Part shown: positions 28,242 to 36,577 of the stretch, one piece after another
Numbering within the stretch: the first letter of the stretch is position 1
How the letters are laid out: each line of letters opens with the position of its first letter
NCBI GenBank assembly: GCA_040217195.1
Contig: JAVJNR010000002.1
Span: 96,001 to 160,000 of the forward strand
DNA from: Leptospiraceae bacterium
GTDB taxonomy: Bacteria > Spirochaetota > Leptospiria > Leptospirales > Leptonemataceae
Reading direction: 5' to 3'
Length of the DNA stretch: 64,000 bases
Position numbers and translations under genes: made by a program
The notes under the pieces: model-generated
Database searches by the model: none
What the model saw: only the letters and a program-made list of their open reading frames with translations
What the model was told of the DNA's origin: nothing

Positions 28242-29225
28242 TTATCGGATTTTCAGATTTCGTTTGATCTTGTAAATCTGATAATGAAGCATTGGATTTA
28301 CTACTTCTTCGCCTTCAGCTACTCCATCACCAGCCTGCCCTTCATACTTTTGAGCCGCCTCGGCATCGAATACAACAATCGCTACAGTGTTGTAGAATTC
28401 ATAGTCCACTTTGTATCGCAGATAATGATGCGATCGAAAGATGGATTTACGTCTTAGCTGCTCCACTGTGTAGCTATGTTTATCAATGTTCTTGAAAACC
28501 TTTGTTCGGTTCTCCTCTGGAGTAGGAGGAACATAATCGCTGAGAGTTAACTTGTCTGGCGGAGGAGTGGTATCACCGTGCAGAGTCATTCTCAGTCCCT
28601 GTGTTGGGTAACGATTAATATAGGCGATGTACATCCAGGCTGGAGGCAAGAGCTCCGGAATTGGCCGCACAGCCGCCACGGAATCTCTCATTCTAGAAAT
28701 GATTTCTTTTTGTTCTTCGTACGGACCATCCGGAGCATCCGGGTTAGCTTTGGGGCTCCAGATCTTTTCAGGAGGAATGTCCTTAGGGGTGATTTTCATG
28801 AAATGAACCACCCTTTCCCGTTTGGCCGGGTCATGGACTCTCCATACTGGATACGGAATCCATTTCCGGTCGTTTTCATCTACGGAATTGGTTTCCCGGT
28901 AGGCCAGCACCCAGATGTACAGATCCATTGGATCGTTAGTAATGTTTCGGATGGTGAACATTACATCGAGGATTTCTCCCCGTCCATCCGAGGCATAGCG
29001 ACGATCTACCGTTAAATCCTCCACCTCAATGGTGGGATCATCGATGGCAATTGGGTTGTAATTATCCAGAGTGATTTGATCCGGACGATTGCCGTCATTA
29101 ACAGCCACCTCATTCCCGCCTGGGTTTTCGGTAATGTTTGGATCTTCACTCCAGAGCAGGCCGGCAAAGAGCGGACCTGCGAAAAGTACAGCGAAAGAAA
29201 TATAGCGAATCCAACGAATAGACAT
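28242..29225 (-). CDS. Exported hypothetical protein
   Basis: Signal-like N-terminus; GGAG upstream; 327 aa. Confidence 0.7.
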   Translation of the reverse strand: MSIRWIRYISFAVLFAGPLFAGLLWSEDPNITENPGGNEVAVNDGNRPDQITLDNYNPIAIDDPTIEVEDLTVDRRYASDGRGEILDVMFTIRNITNDPMDLYIWVLAYRETNSVDENDRKWIPYPVWRVHDPAKRERVVHFMKITPKDIPPEKIWSPKANPDAPDGPYEEQKEIISRMRDSVAAVRPIPELLPPAWMYIAYINRYPTQGLRMTLHGDTTPPPDKLTLSDYVPPTPEENRTKVFKNIDKHSYTVEQLRRKSIFRSHHYLRYKVDYEFYNTVAIVVFDAEAAQKYEGQAGDGVAEGEEVVNPMLHYQIYKIKRNLKIR

Positions 29226-29326
29226 GCGTCATGCTCCTGCCTCTATTATCGAAAAAGGCTACGTTTACATTAATTAGTATCGAGAAAAGCTTGTAACCTG
29301 AAAAGAAAAATCCGAAACCGATTCCC

Positions 29327-30445
29327 ATGGATATCCGCTTCTTTATACGACATAATACTCGGCTACCCCAGCTTCTAGTTGTTCTCACTCTAATTCTATC
29401 CTATTTGCCACAATGCAAAAGTGGATATCCACCCGGTATCGGGGAGCTCCTGGAAAAAAGGATGAAAAGCAGTTATGCAGAAACGGAAGTCATAGATCTG
29501 CTATATTTTACAAATCGCAAGTCGAATTCCAGTTCCGGGGTTTGCTCTGATCAGAACATATCAGTAAAAAAGCACACGGAAGTTCACTCCGGTCTATGTC
29601 GGGTCCAGGTGCCCCGGAACCATGAGATAGGAGCTCTGGATCAGGCAGGCAGTCCAGGTGCGGACAGACAAAATCGATTTTCCATTTTGGCCGGAGAGAG
29701 ACTGGATACAGGAATGGATCGAGTGGATTCCAGAGAGATTGTAGTTTTTGTGCATGGATTCAATGTAAAATTCGAGGAGGCTGTACTTCGGGCTGCACAG
29801 ATTCAGTATGATCTCAAATTTCCCTACCCGGTTGTATTGTTTTCCTGGCCAGCCGGTCCATCCGACGATGTGCTGATTGAATCTCTGTCACTGACCCGTA
29901 CCTATCGTGAAAATCAGGCGAATGCAGCCGCCTCAGTGAATGACTTTGCAAGATTCATAACTGACCTGGATGATCGGGTGGATACGATGCATTTGATTGT
30001 CCATTCCATGGGTCATCAGGTTGTAATCCCGGGACTTAAAAGGGCCCTGGAACAACGGCCGGGTCTAAAGTTCGGTGAAATTGTTTTCTTTGCGCCGGAC
30101 TTCCCGGCCGGAGAGTACGGAAAATACTCTACAACGATTCAAAATTCCGCCTATCGCACCACCATGTATTGCAGCCCGGGGGACAACGCTCTGGCCGTGT
30201 CTCAAAGAGTGAATGGAAATTACAGACTGGGAATGTGTAAGAGAGTACCCGGAACAGATGTCATAAACGTAAATGAAGTGGATGATCCTGTTCTTGGAGT
30301 GGGCGGCCTGGGGCATGGATACTATTCAAGTCGGGCCATACTTACGGACCTGTTTCAACTCTTTCTGGGTGTACACGTGGAAAAGAGACTATTCATTCGA
30401 AAATCGGATCCAGGACATGGGGAAGATTACGTTTTGAGAAAATAG
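29327..30445 (+). CDS. Alpha/beta hydrolase (DUF900 family), probable lipoprotein
   Basis: 'VFVHGFN', 'FSWPA', nucleophile elbow 'VHSMG', 'APD', 'HGYY'. Confidence 0.85.
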   Translation: MDIRFFIRHNTRLPQLLVVLTLILSYLPQCKSGYPPGIGELLEKRMKSSYAETEVIDLLYFTNRKSNSSSGVCSDQNISVKKHTEVHSGLCRVQVPRNHEIGALDQAGSPGADRQNRFSILAGERLDTGMDRVDSREIVVFVHGFNVKFEEAVLRAAQIQYDLKFPYPVVLFSWPAGPSDDVLIESLSLTRTYRENQANAAASVNDFARFITDLDDRVDTMHLIVHSMGHQVVIPGLKRALEQRPGLKFGEIVFFAPDFPAGEYGKYSTTIQNSAYRTTMYCSPGDNALAVSQRVNGNYRLGMCKRVPGTDVINVNEVDDPVLGVGGLGHGYYSSRAILTDLFQLFLGVHVEKRLFIRKSDPGHGEDYVLRK

Positions 30446-30487
30446 AAACCCGGGACCGATGAATCGCTAAGGCGAAGCTGTATGCTT

Positions 30488-32203
30488 TTAATCGGATCTA
30501 CGCCACTCATAGAGAAGAGCTGTAAGACTGATTACAGCATTAAGTGATTCTAATCCGGAAATAGGTATTCGAAATCGCTGTCCCTGCAGGTTCTCCGGCA
30601 GGCCCTGACCTTCCTGGCCCACAACGAAAAGAACTGGCTGCGAAACATCTGCAATCGACGGCCTCAGCGCCTGCAGGGAAACGTTACTCCTGTGGTCCAG
30701 AACAACGATGTTCCTTTCAGGATAATGGGCCGCTTTAAGTTTCCTGGATAATTCATTCAGGGGACCGGTTTGAAAGAATTTCGTTCTGAGGCAGGCACCG
30801 GAGCTGCTGCGAATGGCCAATGGATGAAACGGAAAAACTGACTCAGCAGTAATCAATACAGAATCCACGCCAAAACCTCGGGCCGTGCGAATGGCGCTTC
30901 CCATGTTTTCCGGCAGAGAAAGAGGAAGGACCAGGATGGACGATGGTCTGCCCACTTCCTGCGGATTCTGGTAACTATCCCATTCAGGCAAATCTGCGAA
31001 ATCAGCGGAGTCCTCGAGGTTCCAGAGTAAAAGCGGATACCTGGTGCCGGAAAAATCCAGTTTGCGAAACAGCTCACCTCTGAGTCGGTAGAGAGGTAGA
31101 TCCGGCCATGCGCCTAGTATAGAAAAAAACTCTTCGGGCAGTGTATCGTGGAATATCAATGCTTCAGGTTGACCATTGTAATGCGCCTGGGTCATTCTCT
31201 GGCTGGATTCTGATTCAACATTGGTTGTCCGGGGCCGGGCAAATTCTGGACGAGGGTCCGCTCCACCGGACATTTCCTGCAGCAGCTCCGGTACAATCTT
31301 TCTGCCGGCTACCAGAGTTAGCCCGGTTTTTCGGATCCATTTACTCTGGTCCAATCGGGACCAATCCTTGAACCTGGGGTTGGATTCCGATTCCAGAACC
31401 CGAACCCTTCCTTGCAGCCAGGCCGGAATTCCATGTTTGTCCGATAATCCAATCTCAGCTTTAGTATCCGAACCCGACCCTTCGTCCTGCGTAGACTGTC
31501 CGGGCCCGGCAATCCGGACCTCGTTGCCTGAGACCGGCGATCCTATACCGGCACTGAATCTTTGAAAAAGCACAAGCCGACGTCTATCCTGGGTGCCCGG
31601 AAGAGTATAATCCAATGTTTTGAGATGGGACCAACCCTCCACAGAGCCGGCCTCCAGGATCTCATCATCGCAATCCGGACCTTTCCAGAAAACAAATAGT
31701 CCGTCGGGATTCACACTGGCAGTACTGAGCCGGAGAGTGTCTGGAATAGTCATGAAAGCGCGACTTATGGCACTATTACATTCAATTCGATCTGCCGGAT
31801 TGAGCTTTCTAGAGATAACCTCCACATTGGGCAACTTCAGCTCGGCCACCACAGAGCTTAGAAACTCGGTGCGTTTCTTTCGGCCTTCCACAAGCCGGAA
31901 ATGGATATCAGGTCGAACGATGGCCAGAGGGATTCCCGGGAATCCGCCTCCGCTGCCCAGGTCCATGCAGGGGCTGCGCAGATCAAGCTGCGCTTGCCGA
32001 AGGAGCTTTTCTGGTAACAAACTATCTACATAGTGTTTCCGGCCCATGGCCGAAGCTCCATAAAGCCTGGTAACATTGATTCTTTCATTTTCCTTTCTCA
32101 ACATTATATGAAAGCGCTGCAGCTTTTCCAGCTTATCCGCCGATACCTGTATTGAGGCTTCCTGAAGATATTCAGAAATATTTAAATGTTCGATTGGGTC
32201 CAT
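30488..32203 (-). CDS. RsmG-like methyltransferase fused to a TrmH/SpoU-family RNA methyltransferase
   Basis: N-half 'KHYVDSL', 'DLGSGGGFPGIPLAI', 'EGRKKRTEFL', 'SRAF', 'WKGP'; C-half 'SESNPRFK', 'PENMGSAIRTA', 'GQEGQGL', 'ESLNA'. Start ATG 32203 inferred. Confidence 0.85.
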   Translation of the reverse strand: MDPIEHLNISEYLQEASIQVSADKLEKLQRFHIMLRKENERINVTRLYGASAMGRKHYVDSLLPEKLLRQAQLDLRSPCMDLGSGGGFPGIPLAIVRPDIHFRLVEGRKKRTEFLSSVVAELKLPNVEVISRKLNPADRIECNSAISRAFMTIPDTLRLSTASVNPDGLFVFWKGPDCDDEILEAGSVEGWSHLKTLDYTLPGTQDRRRLVLFQRFSAGIGSPVSGNEVRIAGPGQSTQDEGSGSDTKAEIGLSDKHGIPAWLQGRVRVLESESNPRFKDWSRLDQSKWIRKTGLTLVAGRKIVPELLQEMSGGADPRPEFARPRTTNVESESSQRMTQAHYNGQPEALIFHDTLPEEFFSILGAWPDLPLYRLRGELFRKLDFSGTRYPLLLWNLEDSADFADLPEWDSYQNPQEVGRPSSILVLPLSLPENMGSAIRTARGFGVDSVLITAESVFPFHPLAIRSSSGACLRTKFFQTGPLNELSRKLKAAHYPERNIVVLDHRSNVSLQALRPSIADVSQPVLFVVGQEGQGLPENLQGQRFRIPISGLESLNAVISLTALLYEWRRSD

Positions 32204-33343
32204 TTTCAATATCCCGCCCGCATATTCCTGGAAAAAGGCTCCACCCATAAGATTGGTTCGGTGGTGAAAGATCTGGGATCCAGGGTTCTCTTGCTGGTTC
32301 TGCAAAATGAGCAGTACAATCCAGATGAGCTTGCTATTATCAAGACAAGCCTGGAACGCTATACCAGCGGCTGCATCATTTATGACGACCTTGAAAAAAG
32401 GCCCGGATTTGACGAGTTGGATACGGCTGCTCATTTCATAAAACAGAGCCGGGCAGATTTGATTCTAGCCTATGGAGGTCGGGACACATTTCATACAGCC
32501 CGGGCTGTGGCTCTCCTGGCGACGAACGAAGTCTTTGCCAAAGAACTTCCGGAGCGTAGAGAACCACTGAAACGACCTCCCATGCCTGTGATCACAGTAC
32601 CAGGAACCTTTACGATGGGCGAAGAAAGCTCGCCCACATTCGTAATGTATGATCATGCATCCGGTGAGCTCTATCATGGAAATGATCCGAGACTATTTCC
32701 TGCTGCAGTATTTATGGACCCGGCCATCACCATGTCCATGTCTGAAGCGGAGATTACCCGTACCGGTGTGGCCATTCTAGCAGCGGCAGTGGAGGCCATT
32801 CTATCCAAGCGAGCCAATGATTTGAGCAATTCCATGGCCCTGAGAGCCATCGAATTGATTATGCGGAGCCTTCAGAGCCTGGTGAAGGATACCAGCAATC
32901 AGAATGCTAGAAACAACATCAGCGTGGCCAATTTGCTTTGCGGTGTGTCTCATTCCAATAGTTGGCTGGGACTTTGTTATAGTATTGCCACCGCTACCAA
33001 TCTGATCACAGGCATGGATTTCATGATGGCCATGGCTATCTTGCTGCCCCACGTAATGGAATACAATCTAACCACTTCCGCAGGCAAATACGTGCAAATT
33101 GCCCGGGCCCTGGAAGAGGATATCCATGACATAACTGTGATTGAAGCTGCGATCAAGGCTGTGGAAGGTGTAAGAAAACTCTATCTGGATTTGAAAGTGC
33201 CTCAGAGACTTTCGGATTTCGAAGTCGACAAAAGCCTTCTACCGGAGATCGCCGGAATGGCCTCGGCCTTTCCTTTGATCAAGAATACACCTCGTGAGCT
33301 GGATCAGAATGAAATTGAAACCATCTTGATCGCCGCCTATTGA
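32186..33343 (+). CDS. Iron-containing alcohol dehydrogenase-fold protein with degenerate metal ligands
   Basis: 'FQYPARIFL', 'PAAVFMDP', 'AILLPHVMEYN', 'VPQRLSD', 'NTPR'. Confidence 0.8.
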   Translation: MFDWVHFQYPARIFLEKGSTHKIGSVVKDLGSRVLLLVLQNEQYNPDELAIIKTSLERYTSGCIIYDDLEKRPGFDELDTAAHFIKQSRADLILAYGGRDTFHTARAVALLATNEVFAKELPERREPLKRPPMPVITVPGTFTMGEESSPTFVMYDHASGELYHGNDPRLFPAAVFMDPAITMSMSEAEITRTGVAILAAAVEAILSKRANDLSNSMALRAIELIMRSLQSLVKDTSNQNARNNISVANLLCGVSHSNSWLGLCYSIATATNLITGMDFMMAMAILLPHVMEYNLTTSAGKYVQIARALEEDIHDITVIEAAIKAVEGVRKLYLDLKVPQRLSDFEVDKSLLPEIAGMASAFPLIKNTPRELDQNEIETILIAAY

Positions 33344-33520
33344 AGTGAGTCTTGCCTAAGGAATTCGCCTGGAAAACAAACGGGTCATTGGAATCCAACC
33401 CCCCGAATGAGTCAGTTTGCATATGCCGCAGCGCCCCCTTTTTGGAGCCTCCTTCGGATCGAGCATCGTGAGCCCGGCTATATTTAGTTGTCAGTAGGCT
33501 TACGCGGTAAAAAAGGGCAC

Positions 33521-34525
33521 ATGGCACAAATTTATTACGATGATTCCTGCGACCTGAGCGTTCTAAAAGGAAAGACCATTGCTGTAATCGGATATGGCAG
33601 CCAGGGTCATGCTCAGGCCCAAAACATGCGCGATAGCGGTCTGGATGTGGTTATCGGACTGCGCTCCGATTCAAAATCCGTAAAAGTGGCCAAAGAGGAT
33701 GGATTCGAAGTACTGGATCCCGCAGAAGCTAGCAAGAAAGCGGACATAATTCAGGTGCTTGCACCCGATACCATTCAGAGAAAAATCTACGATGAAGCCA
33801 TTGAGCCCAACCTGAAAGATGGGGATGCTCTGGTTTTTTCCCACGGATTCAATATTCATTATGACCTGATCCAGCCTCCGGCTAACGTCGATGTTTACAT
33901 GGTTGCTCCGAAGGGTCCTGGTCATCTGGTTCGAAGAGTCTACCGCGAAGGCGGTGGTGTTCCTGCGCTCATTGCAATCCACCAAGATGCAACCGGAGAT
34001 GCGAAGAAAAGAGCTCTGGCCCATGCATCAGGAGTTGGCGGAGGCCGAGCCGGTATCCTGGAGACCACTTTCCGTGATGAGACTGAAACCGACTTGTTTG
34101 GTGAGCAGGTAGTTCTCTGTGGAGGACTGACATCGCTAATTATGAAAGGTTTCGAGACTCTGGTAGAAGCCGGATATGACCCGGACATTGCCTATTTTGA
34201 ATGCTTGCATGAAGTGAAACTGATTACCGACCTAATCTATGAAGGCGGTATTGCAAATATGAGGGATTCCATTTCTGATACGGCTGAATACGGTGACCTG
34301 ACCCGCGGCCCCAGGGTTGTGGATGACCATGCAAAAGCGAAAATGAAAGAAGTGCTTTCCGAGATACAGAAAGACAAAGGCGGTAAATTCGCAAAAGAAT
34401 GGGTTGAAGAAACCAACAAGGGATACCCTGAGTTCCATAAACTACGCGAAACGGGCAAAAAGCACCAAATAGAAGAAGTGGGTGCTCGTCTGCGAAAGAT
34501 GATGAAATTTTTGAGCAAGAATTAA
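33521..34525 (+). CDS. ilvC: Ketol-acid reductoisomerase
   Basis: '[13 protein letters not shown]', 'HGFNIH', '[10 protein letters not shown]', '[10 protein letters not shown]', 'SISDTAEYG'. Confidence 0.97.
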   Translation: MAQIYYDDSCDLSVLKGKTIAVIGYGSQGHAQAQNMRDSGLDVVIGLRSDSKSVKVAKEDGFEVLDPAEASKKADIIQVLAPDTIQRKIYDEAIEPNLKDGDALVFSHGFNIHYDLIQPPANVDVYMVAPKGPGHLVRRVYREGGGVPALIAIHQDATGDAKKRALAHASGVGGGRAGILETTFRDETETDLFGEQVVLCGGLTSLIMKGFETLVEAGYDPDIAYFECLHEVKLITDLIYEGGIANMRDSISDTAEYGDLTRGPRVVDDHAKAKMKEVLSEIQKDKGGKFAKEWVEETNKGYPEFHKLRETGKKHQIEEVGARLRKMMKFLSKN

Positions 34526-34554
34526 GCTCAGTTCTATGGGATGCCGTCGTCCGT

Positions 34555-34586
34555 GCAGAAGAAGCCGCAATGCGGCTTTTTTTGTA
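34555..34586 (+). terminator. Rho-independent terminator after ilvC
   Basis: AAGCCGC-aat-GCGGCTT followed by a T run. Confidence 0.85.
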
Positions 34587-34869
34587 TCTTCAGAGCCATC
34601 CATTTTCTGAAACAGCTTCGGACCCAGCCAGGGAAGCCGCACGCGATTCGGGTGTAAAGACAGACGTAGAGACAGGTAGGGAAATGACTGATCCGGATCT
34701 TCCGGCTCTGAGCTGGATTTCTTTCCAACCGGGCCGTAATCCGGACCCGGAAATTTTAGCTATTGCATCTATTCCCGGGGCCGACCTATGGGCGGACAGA
34801 AGATCCAATCCTGCCGGACAAGACCATCCCTGTTAGAGCTGAAATCCGATATCAGCCTGCACAGAATCC

Positions 34870-36213
34870 TTAATCGTCACTTAATTCTCTAGCGAACTGA
34901 TTGGACTCAAGTAACAGTTGTTTCTGATTCTCCGGTAGAGTAGCAAAGAGATGCATCAATAGAGCCCGGCTATCCATTACGCTCAAGGATTGTACTTCCA
35001 GTTGTCCGATTCTATCTTCCGGAGTAAATTGAGATTCCGTTTTCTCCATACTGAGGCTTTCCGGATTGTATGTGGCAAATTCCGGATCTGTGCGAACGAT
35101 GCTGTAGTCATTGCCTCTACGCATTTCCAGAGTGACCGTGCCGCTTACGGTGGAGGCAATCCATCCGCTTAATGAACTCTTGAGCAACATAGCTTCATTG
35201 TCATACCATCGGCCTTCGTATAGAATTCGGCCCAGCTTTCTTCCAAGATTGAAATATAGGTCCAGGGTGTTTTCATTGTGTACCGCAGACAGAAGTCTTT
35301 CATAGGCAATGTGTATTAAAGCCATGCCTGGAGCTTCATAAATACCCCGACTCTTGGCTTCTATCACCCGGTTTTCTATCTGATCTGTCATTCCCAGTCC
35401 ATGCCGGCCGCCCACTTCATTGGCTTTGAGAATGAGCTCCGCAGGGTTCAGGCTTTCACCATTGATCTTTACCGGAGTTCCTCGATGGAACTCAATCTCC
35501 ACTGTTTCAGTGTCGATGGATGTTTCTGCTTTCCAGAAAGGAACGCCCATGATAGGATCCACAATATACATGGAGCGATCCAGATATTCCAGATCTTTGG
35601 CTTCATGGGTGGCTCCCAGCATGTTGCTATCGGTGCTGTAAGCTTTTTCGGTGGAGGCTTTGTAGGGCTTGCCTATCTTCTGCAGATACTCGGACATCTC
35701 CTTACGACCGCCAAATTCCTGCACGAAAGCATTGTCCAGCCATGGTTTGTAGATCTGTAGATCTGGATTCATCAAAATTCCATAGCGAAAGAAGCGCTGT
35801 ATATCATTGCCGCGATGCGTTGAGCCGTCGCCGAATATATTCACTTTATCGCCCTTCATAGCTCGAACAATGCTAAGCGTAGTCACGGCCCGCCCGAGGG
35901 GAGTTGTATTAAAATACTTTTGACCACCAGATTGAATGTGAAAGGCGCCGCATTGTAGAGCGGTAATGCCTTCCCTGGCCAGAGCGTCTCTACAATCCAG
36001 CAGCCGTGCTCGGTGGGCCCCATGAGCCAGTGCGCCTTCTGGAATGGTATCCAGGTCAGTCTCATCTGGTTGAGCCAGGTCTGCGGTATAGCAATGGACC
36101 TTTAGCCCCTTTTCATTCATCCATGCAACGGCTGTGCGAGTATCCAATCCTCCGGAATAGGCGATGGCAATTCTGGTTTCCGGTTCCGGTAATGATTTAA
36201 GTATCCTGGGCAT
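34870..36213 (-). CDS. argG: Argininosuccinate synthase (type 2, long form)
   Basis: 'AYSGGLDT', '[12 protein letters not shown]', '[14 protein letters not shown]', '[17 protein letters not shown]'. Confidence 0.95.
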   Translation of the reverse strand: MPRILKSLPEPETRIAIAYSGGLDTRTAVAWMNEKGLKVHCYTADLAQPDETDLDTIPEGALAHGAHRARLLDCRDALAREGITALQCGAFHIQSGGQKYFNTTPLGRAVTTLSIVRAMKGDKVNIFGDGSTHRGNDIQRFFRYGILMNPDLQIYKPWLDNAFVQEFGGRKEMSEYLQKIGKPYKASTEKAYSTDSNMLGATHEAKDLEYLDRSMYIVDPIMGVPFWKAETSIDTETVEIEFHRGTPVKINGESLNPAELILKANEVGGRHGLGMTDQIENRVIEAKSRGIYEAPGMALIHIAYERLLSAVHNENTLDLYFNLGRKLGRILYEGRWYDNEAMLLKSSLSGWIASTVSGTVTLEMRRGNDYSIVRTDPEFATYNPESLSMEKTESQFTPEDRIGQLEVQSLSVMDSRALLMHLFATLPENQKQLLLESNQFARELSDD

Positions 36214-36253
36214 ATTACAAAGTTCCTGAGGGGCCCAGCAAATCAATGTATTC

Positions 36254-36577
36254 TTGACCAGAACTGAGCACAGTGGATCATGCGCCGTGCCTCTCTTCCA
36301 CGAAAATCAGGTCATTACTCTGCAGATCCGAGGAGTGGAATGTGAAGGCCGCATTCTTTACGAAACAAACAATCGAGTGGTGGTGTCTCTGGAGTCGGAC
36401 CTGGTACCAAATTCCGGAGAGAGTATAGAGGGATTCATCCGACAGGGAAACTACCGCTGTAACTTCCAGACCAAGATTCAGACTCGGGAACTGGGTCTCA
36501 GGGACAGAAAGTGGATCCTTGATCTTGCCTATCCACCCACATTCAAACGCTCTCTGGATCCGGCCTTTCGCAAATAA
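36254..36577 (+). CDS. Small hypothetical protein, resembling the N-terminal domain of YcgR/PilZ flagellar-brake proteins
   Basis: Beta-rich; 'YRCNFQTKI...LDLAYP'; abuts the next gene. Start may be GTG 36287. Confidence 0.5.
   Translation: MTRTEHSGSCAVPLFHENQVITLQIRGVECEGRILYETNNRVVVSLESDLVPNSGESIEGFIRQGNYRCNFQTKIQTRELGLRDRKWILDLAYPPTFKRSLDPAFRK

Noticed and set aside
32204..32434. N-terminal extension of the RsmG-SpoU ORF given in the ORF track
   Set aside because: It is the antisense shadow of the ADH-fold gene; RsmG-like sequence starts only near 32203.
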